Source: an uncultured Alphaproteobacteria bacterium (GTDB lineage Bacteria > Pseudomonadota > Alphaproteobacteria > RF32 > CAG-239). Taken from it: 64,000 bases of DNA. The first letter of the stretch is position 1. Each line of letters starts with the position of its first letter. A program made the position numbers and the translations under genes. This document shows positions 10,079 to 19,194 of this stretch, in pieces. The stretch lies in assembly GCA_944392235.1 (NCBI GenBank), contig CALXVZ010000007.1:7787-71786 (forward strand), given 5' to 3'. The notes beneath the pieces were generated by a model. That model saw only the letters and a list, made by a program, of their open reading frames with translations. It was not told where the DNA came from and searched no databases.

Positions 10079-10873
10079 TTATCTATTTAATACCTCTAAC
10101 TCTGCATCAATCGCATCTGATAAGTCATCTTCACTTTGTGCGGATTTATCTTCAACTGGAATTTCAGCATTTTCTCCACTACTATTTACATCTGCCTTTT
10201 CTTGCATCTTTGTAAATTGTAAAAGATTTTGAGGCTCTTCTCCTTCTTCAATCTCGCTAACATAGGAAGTTGATGATTCAGAAATATATGCAGGCATTGT
10301 CTTAATATTTTTTTCTATATTTCTATCTTGCTGCATAAATTCTTGTATCTTTATAACTTTTTCTTTTTTAACTTCTTCTTGTTCTATAACTTCATCAGCT
10401 TCATTATCAAATTTTGTTTGCCCTTTAATTGTCTCTTTTGTTGGCAGACTATCTCTTTGAGCTAGCTCCTCTTCCGACATCAATTTACTCTTATCTACAT
10501 CTGTGTCAATACACTCAAGTAACCATACATCATATATCGGATGGGCTATCGCATTAATTCCAGGAGTAGAAGAAATTAACCATCCTCTAAATATATTATA
10601 TTCTTCCGTCCCGAAACTTCTATCTGCGACATCTACAAATGCAAAATTCTCAGGTGTTTCTTCTGCAGGACGCTTTTTACAAGCTCTCAGCACTAGAGAA
10701 AAATCTCCAAATGTAATTTTTGAATTTACGGGAACTGTTATCTTATTTACACGCCCTGTCACCTTATCCATTGCTTGCATTAAAGCGGTATTGGTAGGTA
10801 TTTCTTTGCTCTGTGCGTTATATACAACACTTATACAAAGTAAAAAACTTAATATAAAACTACTTTTCTTCAT
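10079..10873 (-). CDS. DUF2155-family periplasmic protein with an acidic C-terminal extension
   Basis: It has a signal peptide. MQAMDKVTGRVNKITVPVNSKITFGDFSLVLRACKKRPAEETPENFAFVDV...GWLISSTPGINAIAHPIYDVWLLEC matches the DUF2155 pattern. The gene lies downstream of mlaD, as in many alphaproteobacteria. Confidence 0.65.
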   Translation of the reverse strand: MKKSSFILSFLLCISVVYNAQSKEIPTNTALMQAMDKVTGRVNKITVPVNSKITFGDFSLVLRACKKRPAEETPENFAFVDVADRSFGTEEYNIFRGWLISSTPGINAIAHPIYDVWLLECIDTDVDKSKLMSEEELAQRDSLPTKETIKGQTKFDNEADEVIEQEEVKKEKVIKIQEFMQQDRNIEKNIKTMPAYISESSTSYVSEIEEGEEPQNLLQFTKMQEKADVNSSGENAEIPVEDKSAQSEDDLSDAIDAELEVLNR

Positions 10874-11315
10874 TATTTGTTACCATAAAAATGATTTCAC
10901 CAACCATATCTTCCAATGATTTTGCATCTTTGGTATTTACAGCAGTGCTTCCGGCTTTTAATATTTCTGATGACTGACCTGGTTCTATTTTTATGAATTT
11001 GTCTCCCATCAAACCATCTCCAGCTATTGTTATTTCACTATCTATTGGAAGTTTTATATTGGGCTTTAGACTCATTTTTACATCAACCATATAATCTGTC
11101 GGATTTATTGATTGTGACAATACTGTCCCTACTTTAATGCCATTAATCCGAACATCTGCACCGGTATTTAAACCTCCAACTTTAAGAAAGCGTGCATTTA
11201 TTTCGTATCCTTTGACCACTTGTAAATCTGACACACGATATGCAAACACCATAAATAATGTAGCCACAGCTAGCACTACTAATCCCATTATTGTTTCTAC
11301 AGGTTTTTTATTCAT
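10860..11315 (-). CDS. mlaD: MlaD/MCE-family protein (outer-membrane lipid asymmetry system)
   Basis: N-terminal TM followed by an MCE fold: YEINARFLKVGGLNTGADVRINGIKVGTV...IAGDGLMGDKFIKIEPG. Confidence 0.8.
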   Translation of the reverse strand: MNKKPVETIMGLVVLAVATLFMVFAYRVSDLQVVKGYEINARFLKVGGLNTGADVRINGIKVGTVLSQSINPTDYMVDVKMSLKPNIKLPIDSEITIAGDGLMGDKFIKIEPGQSSEILKAGSTAVNTKDAKSLEDMVGEIIFMVTNNEEK

Positions 11316-11826
11316 TACTCTCTCCTTGTTCTTGAGCCTCTTTATTTGTATTTTGTCTTTTACTTTTTCCTAAATTTATAATTCTATCCAGTAATTCTTC
11401 CAAAACCATTGCATCTTGGGTAAATTCTATATTTCCTCCGGCTGCTAAATATTCTTCTGACCCTCCGACATCTATTTCCACATATTTTCCACCAATTAGA
11501 CCAAAGCTGATTATTGATGCACTACTGTCTTCTGGAATTTTATATTTTCCATTAATCTCCATGGTTAATTTTGTTCGGAAACTCCCATCTAATTCTGCTG
11601 AAGTAACTCGTCCTATATCTACCCCTGATAATCTAACGGCATCTCCGACATTCAATCCATCTGTGCGGCCGAAACTTGCATATATTTTATAACTATCCCC
11701 GTTTGCCTGCCCTTCTATAGAGGCGTTATGTGATATAGTAATAAATACTCCTATCATTATGATGAATAAAGCTAAAACTCCGGTCCTTAGCGTTTTCATC
11801 TCCTCTTTTGAGTATATTTCTTCCAC
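11308..11826 (-). CDS. Second MlaD/MCE-family paralogue
   Basis: N-terminal TM followed by YKIYASFGRTDGLNVGDAVRLSGVDIGRV...ISFGLIGGKYVEIDVGG. It overlaps the next mlaD by 8 nt. Confidence 0.75.
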   Translation of the reverse strand: MEEIYSKEEMKTLRTGVLALFIIMIGVFITISHNASIEGQANGDSYKIYASFGRTDGLNVGDAVRLSGVDIGRVTSAELDGSFRTKLTMEINGKYKIPEDSSASIISFGLIGGKYVEIDVGGSEEYLAAGGNIEFTQDAMVLEELLDRIINLGKSKRQNTNKEAQEQGESNE

Positions 11827-11974
11827 AGATTTGCTCCCTTCTTTTCTTATAAACTACTCTCTTATAGCTTATAAATATTTTTTTGTCACTATTATTTATA
11901 TTTTTTAATTGTAAAAATTTTAAACATTTATTGTTATATATTTTATTAACATTGAGCATTCTGAGGATTATTAA

Positions 11975-12694
11975 ATGATTGAAGTTCAGCACATCTCTAA
12001 GCAATTCGGCGATAAATTCGCTCTAAATGATGTTTCTTTTACTTTAAATAAAGGTGAAATTGTCGCTCTTATCGGAGAAAATGGAGCCGGAAAATCAACT
12101 TTGATGCGAATTCTTTGCGGTTATATAGCTCCAACTTCTGGTTGTGTTTCTATTTTAAAACATAATGTAGAAACTGAACGTATTCAGGCTTTAAAATACA
12201 TTGGTTATGTTCCTGAAATATCTTCTCTTTACTTAGATATGCTTGTTTTTGATTTCTTAAAATGGATTGCTCATCTTTGGAATATCTCAAATGTTAATGA
12301 GACAATTCTTAATGTTGCTAATAAAATGCAAATTACTGAGGTTTTATCTAATAAGATAGAATCACTTTCAAAAGGTTTTAAAAAACGTGTAGAAATTGCC
12401 TCGGCTTTATTGCATCAACCCAAAATTCTTATTCTAGATGAACCAACAGATGGACTTGATCCCAATCAAAAAGATCATATTCGACAATTTATTAAAACTT
12501 ATGCAAAAGATAATCTGGTCTTAATTTCCACTCATGTTTTGGAAGATACTTCTATTGCGAATCGTGCTCTTATGCTTGCTGCTGGTAAGGTTATTTATGA
12601 TGCATCTATGAATGATTTTAAAAAAATCTCTCACTCTAAAAATCTTACTGAAGCTTTCCAAATTCTTACATCTTCTGCGAAAGGAAAAAAATGA
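11975..12694 (+). CDS. ABC transporter ATP-binding protein (ABC-2/GldA-like)
   Basis: Walker A GENGAGKST, signature LSKGFKKR and Walker B ILILDEPTDGLD. The stop overlaps the next start (ATGA). Confidence 0.88.
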   Translation: MIEVQHISKQFGDKFALNDVSFTLNKGEIVALIGENGAGKSTLMRILCGYIAPTSGCVSILKHNVETERIQALKYIGYVPEISSLYLDMLVFDFLKWIAHLWNISNVNETILNVANKMQITEVLSNKIESLSKGFKKRVEIASALLHQPKILILDEPTDGLDPNQKDHIRQFIKTYAKDNLVLISTHVLEDTSIANRALMLAAGKVIYDASMNDFKKISHSKNLTEAFQILTSSAKGKK

Positions 12695-15063
12695 AATTGT
12701 TTCTTACCCAACTCTTAAAAGAATTTAAAACTCTTGTAAATGGCTTTAATCCTTTTGTCATTTTTGGGGCTTATTATATTATTTCTTTATTTTCTACATT
12801 TTATCTCGGTGATTACTTCCTTAGAGAAACCGAAATTATGAATGCTTTTTTTTCTTTGCAACCTACTATTTTATTATTGATTATTCCGGCCATCACCATG
12901 CGTTCTTGGGCAGAAGAATTTAATTCTGGAACAGCAGAACTGCTTTTAACTCAACCTATTAGCTTTTCTATCTTAGTGCTTGCGAAATTCTTTGCCATTT
13001 TTCTTCTATTTACTATTCTCATCGCTTCTTCTTGTTTCTTATTAGTTTTTACTGCAAAATTTTCCGTATTGGATTGGTCTTTGACTTTTTTTGAATATCT
13101 TGGTTTATTGTTATGTGGTGCTTTCTTTATAGCTCTTGGATGCTTTACTTCTTCTCTTTGCAAAAACAATGTCTTAAGCTATATTTCCACAATCTTTGTG
13201 CTTTTCTTTTTATCTCAGATTAAACTATCCTCTTTCTCTTTTTTCTCTTTCTATATTCCTCTTAGTGCATTAAATTTTGAAGATAATTACAATGCGTTCC
13301 TTGAAGGCGTTATGCAATATAGTAATTTTGTATATTTTATTGTGGGAACTGTTCTATTCCTTTGGTTAAATACTATTTCTTTAGAGTATAAAAAATCTTC
13401 TTCTCATTTATCAAAAAGACTATTCTTTATATTTATTGCTCTTACATTTTTGATATTCTTTAGTTCTGTTTTAGGAGTTAACTTTGTCTTAAATAAAACT
13501 TTTGATATTACTGATACTCAAAAATTTACTCTTAGTAAAGCTGATGAGGATTTCCTAAAATCGTTTGATAAACGTATTGATTTAACTCTATACGAAGCAC
13601 AATTTTCTCGCCAAAATTCTGCTTCTAATTATGCTGTTTATGCGAATTTTGTTGAAAGAATTTTGCGGCTAATTGAAAAAACTTCTTATGGGGCAATTAG
13701 AGTTAATATTGTTCAGGTCGAACCTTTTAGTCCTCTTGAAAATCATCTTATTCGTGAAAAACATATTCCTTTTGAAGCTGATAAATTTGATCATAAAATA
13801 TTTATGGCGGCAGAATTTTCTGATAATTCCGGACACAGTTATTTTATAAATTATTTTGATCCATTAAGAGAAAATCTTTTAATCTCTGATATTCTTCGAG
13901 CTATCAAGTCTTTTGGTTTGCCTAAAAAAGAAATAGCTCTTATTTCTTCTAAAACTAATCTTACAGAACTTCATGCTTTTCAAAACATACTACAGGAATT
14001 TTTTACTGTTGTAACCTATCATAATATTCCACATTTTCTTCCTAATAGCTATAAATTTGTTATTGCTGTTGATCCTCAAAATCTTTCTACTGAATATATA
14101 CTTACTCTTGAACAATATGTTTTACAAGGAGGTAATTTAATTGTATTTGCTGAACCTTCTAATCTTATTTCTTCTGATAATACTTTAATTTCATTCTTAA
14201 GTAATTTTGGTTTATCACCTATTCCTCTCACCACCGTTAAAGATTCTAATAACGATGATTCTGAAATTGGAGCCGCTACTGATATAAATCAAAAAAATAT
14301 TCGTTCCATACTTGTTAACAAAGCTGGTGAAATTAAACTTGTTTCTTCTAAAAATTTTAATCTTTCACCATTGCTCAAATATAATGATAAAATTATTGCT
14401 GCTCAATCTTCTGGAAATTATTTTTCTAGTTTTATAAATTTTGCTATTTCCAGTCAAAATATAGTTCCTTTCTCTACTCAAAAAGGTGCTGTATTTTTTA
14501 TTTATGATACTGATTTAATAAAAGATTACTTAATTTCTTCTTCCGAAGCCAGTGGATGGAAATTTTATCAACTTGTTCCAATGGCTGACAATATGCTATT
14601 TTTACTACAACTATTTGATTCTATTTCTCAAAATAATATCGAAAGTTCTCTTTCTTACAGATTTTATCCCTTAAATACTTCAAGTATTGGTAATGCTATC
14701 CTGAATGTTGTTCGTGAATATTATACTGAGCAGATTAAACTTTTAAAACAAAATATTGAAAAATTTAAAATTCAAAAAAATGCTTTCTATGAAAATGTTC
14801 AAAGTCGTGGATTTGCCTCTATCCAAAATATTGGAGATATCTCATCTATTGAGCAGAAACTGGATGAAAATGAAGCAGAACTTTATAAAATAAAATCTCA
14901 AATAGCTTATAGTTATCAATCTGCTATTATGATTGTTACTATTTGTTTTATTTTTGTTATTCCTCTTATCCTTTTATGTTTGCTCTTCCTCTGTATTTGG
15001 TCTCGAAATAAACTAAATTTAAATAAAATTAGGAGCTTAATCGATGATGTTAAAAAATATTAA
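12691..15063 (+). CDS. Fused ABC-2 permease (GldF-like) and GldG-like auxiliary domain protein
   Basis: The N-terminal part (about 260 aa) has about 6 TM segments typical of ABC-2 permeases. A large extracytoplasmic domain follows (ABC_transp_aux/GldG-like by layout), then a coiled coil and a C-terminal TM anchor. Confidence 0.65.
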   Translation: MKLFLTQLLKEFKTLVNGFNPFVIFGAYYIISLFSTFYLGDYFLRETEIMNAFFSLQPTILLLIIPAITMRSWAEEFNSGTAELLLTQPISFSILVLAKFFAIFLLFTILIASSCFLLVFTAKFSVLDWSLTFFEYLGLLLCGAFFIALGCFTSSLCKNNVLSYISTIFVLFFLSQIKLSSFSFFSFYIPLSALNFEDNYNAFLEGVMQYSNFVYFIVGTVLFLWLNTISLEYKKSSSHLSKRLFFIFIALTFLIFFSSVLGVNFVLNKTFDITDTQKFTLSKADEDFLKSFDKRIDLTLYEAQFSRQNSASNYAVYANFVERILRLIEKTSYGAIRVNIVQVEPFSPLENHLIREKHIPFEADKFDHKIFMAAEFSDNSGHSYFINYFDPLRENLLISDILRAIKSFGLPKKEIALISSKTNLTELHAFQNILQEFFTVVTYHNIPHFLPNSYKFVIAVDPQNLSTEYILTLEQYVLQGGNLIVFAEPSNLISSDNTLISFLSNFGLSPIPLTTVKDSNNDDSEIGAATDINQKNIRSILVNKAGEIKLVSSKNFNLSPLLKYNDKIIAAQSSGNYFSSFINFAISSQNIVPFSTQKGAVFFIYDTDLIKDYLISSSEASGWKFYQLVPMADNMLFLLQLFDSISQNNIESSLSYRFYPLNTSSIGNAILNVVREYYTEQIKLLKQNIEKFKIQKNAFYENVQSRGFASIQNIGDISSIEQKLDENEAELYKIKSQIAYSYQSAIMIVTICFIFVIPLILLCLLFLCIWSRNKLNLNKIRSLIDDVKKY

Positions 15064-15988
15064 AATCGCTATTGTTTTACTATGCTTCCTTTTGCCTATT
15101 CTTTTTTGGGGTGTTTTTTTGCAAACTAAACAGATGCATTTATTTTCTAGAGGTGATTATTTTTTTGATAAAACTAGAAATCATGCAAATATCTCTCAAA
15201 TTGCTTTGATTTTTCCTAATGACGTAACTATTCATGTTCTGAAAAAAAACAATTTTTGGACCATTAAAGAAGGCGATAATTATTATGCATCTATCGCTAA
15301 AATTAATACATTAGTTGAAATTATTCGTAATACAATTATCTATCGTTCAGATCTCTTAAAAGATACTGATAGAAATTTATTTAATGAGGCTATTAGACTT
15401 CTTAGTTATGATGCTGATGGAAATGTTGTTGATGATACTCTTATCGCTCCATTACAAAAACATAATAAATATTACTTGGCTCAGCGTAATGATGACGGTT
15501 TTTTATATCAACTGAATGCTCAACTTCTCTTTTCCTCAAATGTAATGGATTGGGTGCAGATGCCTTTAATCGCTTGGGATTTCAAACAGATAAAACGTAT
15601 AAAAACAGATAATTTTGAAGTTTTTCGCCGTTTTGAATATGAAGATTTTCAAGATGTTAATTCTCAAAATGTTTTTTCTTCCATTAAAGGATTAACTGAT
15701 AGTTTTTGGTATTTAACTGCTGAGGAAATCAAAAATACTTCTCAATTTGATACTTCAAAATTTCCTAAAATAAAAAATTATGAAATTACTCTGTTCAATG
15801 GTATAATTTATAATATTGATATCTTCTCTGATGGAGAGCAGTTTTGGATTTCTATTAAATTGAAGAAGGATGCTTTTATTAAGAAACCTTCCTTACAATT
15901 TATCAAAGAAAATAGTATGCTTTATGATGGATGGTTTTTCAAAATTAATAAAGATAAAGGATATATTATTACAGAATTTGTTCCTTAA
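15044..15988 (+). CDS. DUF4340-like protein (usual partner of GldG-type ABC modules)
   Basis: N-terminal TM, overlaps the preceding gene by 20 nt. Position and size match the DUF4340 gene that normally follows gldG-like genes. Sequence-level support is weak. Confidence 0.45.
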   Translation: MMLKNIKIAIVLLCFLLPILFWGVFLQTKQMHLFSRGDYFFDKTRNHANISQIALIFPNDVTIHVLKKNNFWTIKEGDNYYASIAKINTLVEIIRNTIIYRSDLLKDTDRNLFNEAIRLLSYDADGNVVDDTLIAPLQKHNKYYLAQRNDDGFLYQLNAQLLFSSNVMDWVQMPLIAWDFKQIKRIKTDNFEVFRRFEYEDFQDVNSQNVFSSIKGLTDSFWYLTAEEIKNTSQFDTSKFPKIKNYEITLFNGIIYNIDIFSDGEQFWISIKLKKDAFIKKPSLQFIKENSMLYDGWFFKINKDKGYIITEFVP

Positions 15989-16003
15989 TCTACATAATAA
16001 AAT

Positions 16004-16028
16004 AAAAACCGGAGCTTTTCCGGTTTTT
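16004..16028. terminator. Bidirectional rho-independent terminator
   Basis: aaaaa-ccgga-gcttt-tccgg-ttttt between convergent genes. Confidence 0.6.
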
Positions 16029-16034
16029 ATTTTA

Positions 16035-17714
16035 TTAGCGTTCTAATTTTTTATATCTTACTCGATGTGGTCGACAAGCTTCTTCTCCTAATCGACGTAT
16101 CTTGTCTTTTTCGTAGTCTTCGAAATTTCCTTCAAACCACTCTACATGACCTTCATCTTCATATGCTAATATATGGGTTGCTAATCTGTCTAAAAACCAT
16201 CTATCGTGGGATGTCACTAAAACGCATCCAGGATAATTCATTATACCTTCTTCCAATGAACGTAATGTATCAACATCTAGGTCATTTGTCGGTTCATCCA
16301 GCAAAATAACATTTGCTCCTTTTTTGAGCATTTTTGCTAAGTGGACTCTATTGCGTTCACCTCCTGATAATTGACCTATCTTTTTCTGCTGGTCTGTTCC
16401 CTTGAAATTGAATTGTCCTACATAGGCTCTTGATGGCATTTGTTTCTTTCCTAATTCTATAATATCTAATCCATCAGATATCTCTTCCCATATTGTTTTG
16501 TTGGAATCTAATTCATCTCGGCTTTGGTCTACATATCCTAAGTCAACTGTTTCCCCTATAACTATTTCTCCTGAATCCGGTTTTTCTTGACCTGTTATCA
16601 TTCTGAATAATGTTGTCTTACCTGCACCGTTCGGACCGATTATTCCGACAATAGCGCCCTTCGGTATCTTAAATGATAAATTATCTATTAAGACTCTTTC
16701 TCCATATGATTTAGATATATTTTTTGCCTCTATAACCATATCTCCTAGTCTATCTGACATTGGGATATTAATATAAGCTTGCGTAATTTGTTCTTTACTT
16801 GCTTCTGATAACAATTCTTCATATGCATTAATACGGGCTTTAGATTTTGCTTGTCTTGCCTTGGGATTTTTACGAATCCACTCTAATTCATTTGCCAATG
16901 TCTTCTGGCGAGCACTCTCTTCTTTTGCTTCTTGTTCTATTCTCTTTTGTTTTTGCTCTAACCATGATGTATAGTTTCCTTCATATGGAATACCTTGACC
17001 TCTATCTAACTCTAGTATCCAACCTGTTACGTTATCTAAGAAGTAACGGTCGTGAGTTACCATTACAACTGTTCCTTTATAATCGCGCAAGTGGTGCTCT
17101 AACCATGCTACAGATTCAGCATCTAAATGGTTTGTTGGCTCATCCAAAAGCAACATATCTGGTTTTGATAATAGTAAACGACATAGGGCTACTCGTCTTT
17201 TTTCTCCGCCTGATAATTTTGTTACATCCGCATCTGCTGGTGGACAACGTAAGGCGTCCATCGCTATTTGAACTGTTCTTTCTATATCCCAACCATTTAC
17301 AGCATCTATTTTCTCTTGTAATGATGCTTGTTCTTCTATCAAAGCATTCATTTCTTCATCGGACATAGGTTCTGCAAACTTCATTGATACTTCTTCAAAT
17401 CGCTTTAATAGTGAAACTGTGTCTCCTAAACCATCCATGACATTTTCCATAACATTTTTTGATGGATCTAATTTAGGTTCTTGTTCCAAATATCCTACCT
17501 TTACACCTTCGGCGGCCCAGGCTTCTCCATTAAACTCTTTATCAACGCCTGCCATAATTTTTAACAATGTTGACTTACCTGCACCATTGACACCCAATAC
17601 GCCTATTTTTGCTCCTGGGAAAAATGATAAACTGATATTCTTAAATAGTTCTTTTCCTCCCGGAAAAACTTTACTCAAATTTTGCATTACATAGATATAC
17701 TGGTATGATGCCAT
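16035..17714 (-). CDS. ettA: Energy-dependent translational throttle protein EttA (ABC-F)
   Basis: [56 protein letters not shown] is near-canonical EttA. Two ABC cassettes; 559 aa. Confidence 0.92.
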   Translation of the reverse strand: MASYQYIYVMQNLSKVFPGGKELFKNISLSFFPGAKIGVLGVNGAGKSTLLKIMAGVDKEFNGEAWAAEGVKVGYLEQEPKLDPSKNVMENVMDGLGDTVSLLKRFEEVSMKFAEPMSDEEMNALIEEQASLQEKIDAVNGWDIERTVQIAMDALRCPPADADVTKLSGGEKRRVALCRLLLSKPDMLLLDEPTNHLDAESVAWLEHHLRDYKGTVVMVTHDRYFLDNVTGWILELDRGQGIPYEGNYTSWLEQKQKRIEQEAKEESARQKTLANELEWIRKNPKARQAKSKARINAYEELLSEASKEQITQAYINIPMSDRLGDMVIEAKNISKSYGERVLIDNLSFKIPKGAIVGIIGPNGAGKTTLFRMITGQEKPDSGEIVIGETVDLGYVDQSRDELDSNKTIWEEISDGLDIIELGKKQMPSRAYVGQFNFKGTDQQKKIGQLSGGERNRVHLAKMLKKGANVILLDEPTNDLDVDTLRSLEEGIMNYPGCVLVTSHDRWFLDRLATHILAYEDEGHVEWFEGNFEDYEKDKIRRLGEEACRPHRVRYKKLER

Positions 17715-17743
17715 TATTCTTTTTCCTTTTCTGTTAAATATTA

Positions 17744-18286
17744 CTACTGTTGACGATTATTCATTTCTATTTCTTTTATTTTTTGATATATGCCTTCTTT
17801 TGCTGCTTTTTTTCTTTTTTTAGACATTACTTTATCATAATAGGTATTTAGTTTTTCTCTTTCGTTCTCCTCCCTATTATAAACTAAGGTTACATCATAC
17901 TTCTGACGAGGACGGATTATCTTCCCATCCGGTAATTTTATTGTTCCATCTTTATACAAGGTTGATTTAAATATTTTTTGATTATTGAAGCGTCTATTTA
18001 CTTCTTCACATCCTAAATAACCATCTCCTCTTTTTTCCATAAATGCTGTTGCTTTTGCTTTATTATATTCATACATCCCATCAGCTTGTTCTTTATCACT
18101 TGTCGCTTTACTTACTAAATAGGCTCTTGCTATCAATTCATATGACGGATATTTTGTTGCTCCACAAGCCAGCCCCTCTCCTGAAATATACCCTAAATTT
18201 CTGACGTCTTCCAGATAGCTTATCGAATATGCTGGAAATGAAATTATACACATTATTATACTGAATGTGAGTAGTTTTTCCATCAT
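17744..18286 (-). CDS. Hypothetical secreted protein
   Basis: Signal-peptide-like N-terminus ([17 protein letters not shown]) and a lysine-rich C-terminus. I recognise no family. Confidence 0.5.
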   Translation of the reverse strand: MMEKLLTFSIIMCIISFPAYSISYLEDVRNLGYISGEGLACGATKYPSYELIARAYLVSKATSDKEQADGMYEYNKAKATAFMEKRGDGYLGCEEVNRRFNNQKIFKSTLYKDGTIKLPDGKIIRPRQKYDVTLVYNREENEREKLNTYYDKVMSKKRKKAAKEGIYQKIKEIEMNNRQQ

Positions 18287-18417
18287 TACACTTTCCTTCG
18301 TTCTTAAGTCCCAGATATTATAATGGCAAATAATTCTATTTCAAGTGAAAAAATTATTTGACAAATTAAAACATTTATCGTATCTTTCGCTCAAACTTTT
18401 GTGTAAGGATAAGAAAA

Positions 18418-18543
18418 ATGAAAATATATAGCTCTTTAAAGTCTAAGAAAGACCGTGTTAGAGGTTGTAAGTTGGTTCGTCGTAAAGGTCGTCTTTATGT
18501 TATTAACAAGAGAGAACCTAAGTATAAAGCTCGTCAAGGTTAA
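18418..18543 (+). CDS. rpmJ: 50S ribosomal protein L36 (single-Cys, non-zinc form)
   Basis: This is not in the supplied ORF track. My translation is [41 protein letters not shown] (41 aa), which fits the alphaproteobacterial/YkgO-type L36. AAGGATAAG lies upstream and a terminator lies downstream. Confidence 0.85.
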   Translation: MKIYSSLKSKKDRVRGCKLVRRKGRLYVINKREPKYKARQG

Positions 18544-18566
18544 TTGGACGTTTTATTTATTCTTTG

Positions 18567-18594
18567 AAATCGGGTTTATTACCCGATTTTTTTT
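18567..18594 (+). terminator. Rho-independent terminator of rpmJ
   Basis: aaatcggg-tttatta-cccgattt followed by a T-run. Confidence 0.7.
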
Positions 18595-18599
18595 GCCTT

Positions 18600-19004
18600 C
18601 TAGTAACTTTCCAATACCGCGACAGCATTTACATACTCTCGCTCGTTAGATATTGTTAAATGAACTTTTATTTCCTGATTTTTAACAACATAATATGCTC
18701 TTGCCAAGGCTTTGCCATATAAATTTACTTTGGGACAACCTAATTCATCATGGACTATTTCTATATCCTTTAATGTAATACCGTCTCTAAATCCACTCCC
18801 TAACGCTTTCGATACGGCTTCTTTGGCGGAAAAACGTGTTGCAACAGCTAAAGCTAATCCTTCTTTGTCTTTATAAATATTCTTTTTTTCTAATTCTTCG
18901 ATTTCTTTATATGTAAAATATTTTTTGATAAATTTTAATAAGAATATTTCCCCTTTGGAAAATCTTGATACTTGAACAATGTCACATCCTAATCCCATTA
19001 TCAT
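18600..19004 (-). CDS. acpS: Holo-[acyl-carrier-protein] synthase
   Basis: GLGCDIVQVSRF start, FSAKEAVSKALG block, about 130 aa, downstream of spoT. Confidence 0.85.
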   Translation of the reverse strand: MIMGLGCDIVQVSRFSKGEIFLLKFIKKYFTYKEIEELEKKNIYKDKEGLALAVATRFSAKEAVSKALGSGFRDGITLKDIEIVHDELGCPKVNLYGKALARAYYVVKNQEIKVHLTISNEREYVNAVAVLESY

Positions 19005-19194
19005 CTTTATACCTCGTTTCTTTTCTACTTATTAAAACTTGTAAAACTATACGATATATTTTTACAGATGATAATATGTGGGAATAAACCTTATTAGCAT
19101 CCGACTGTATATAGACCTATAGCTCTTAATGCTGATAGCATATTGAAATCCACGCCTAGCTCTTATGTGGCTTATGAGCCGTTTTTTTACTTTA

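Noticed and set aside
16067-17694. Plus-strand ORFs antisense to ettA (80, 173 and 91 aa).
   Set aside because: They lie entirely within a canonical ABC-F gene, show no motif, and have L/S/F-biased composition typical of antisense frames in AT-rich DNA.
19005-19194. 190-nt spacer between spoT and acpS with a short imperfect direct repeat (tagctcttaatg / tagctcttatg); considered as an sRNA or riboswitch.
   Set aside because: I could fold no convincing stem-loops and saw no promoter-plus-terminator pair. It is most simply the acpS promoter region.
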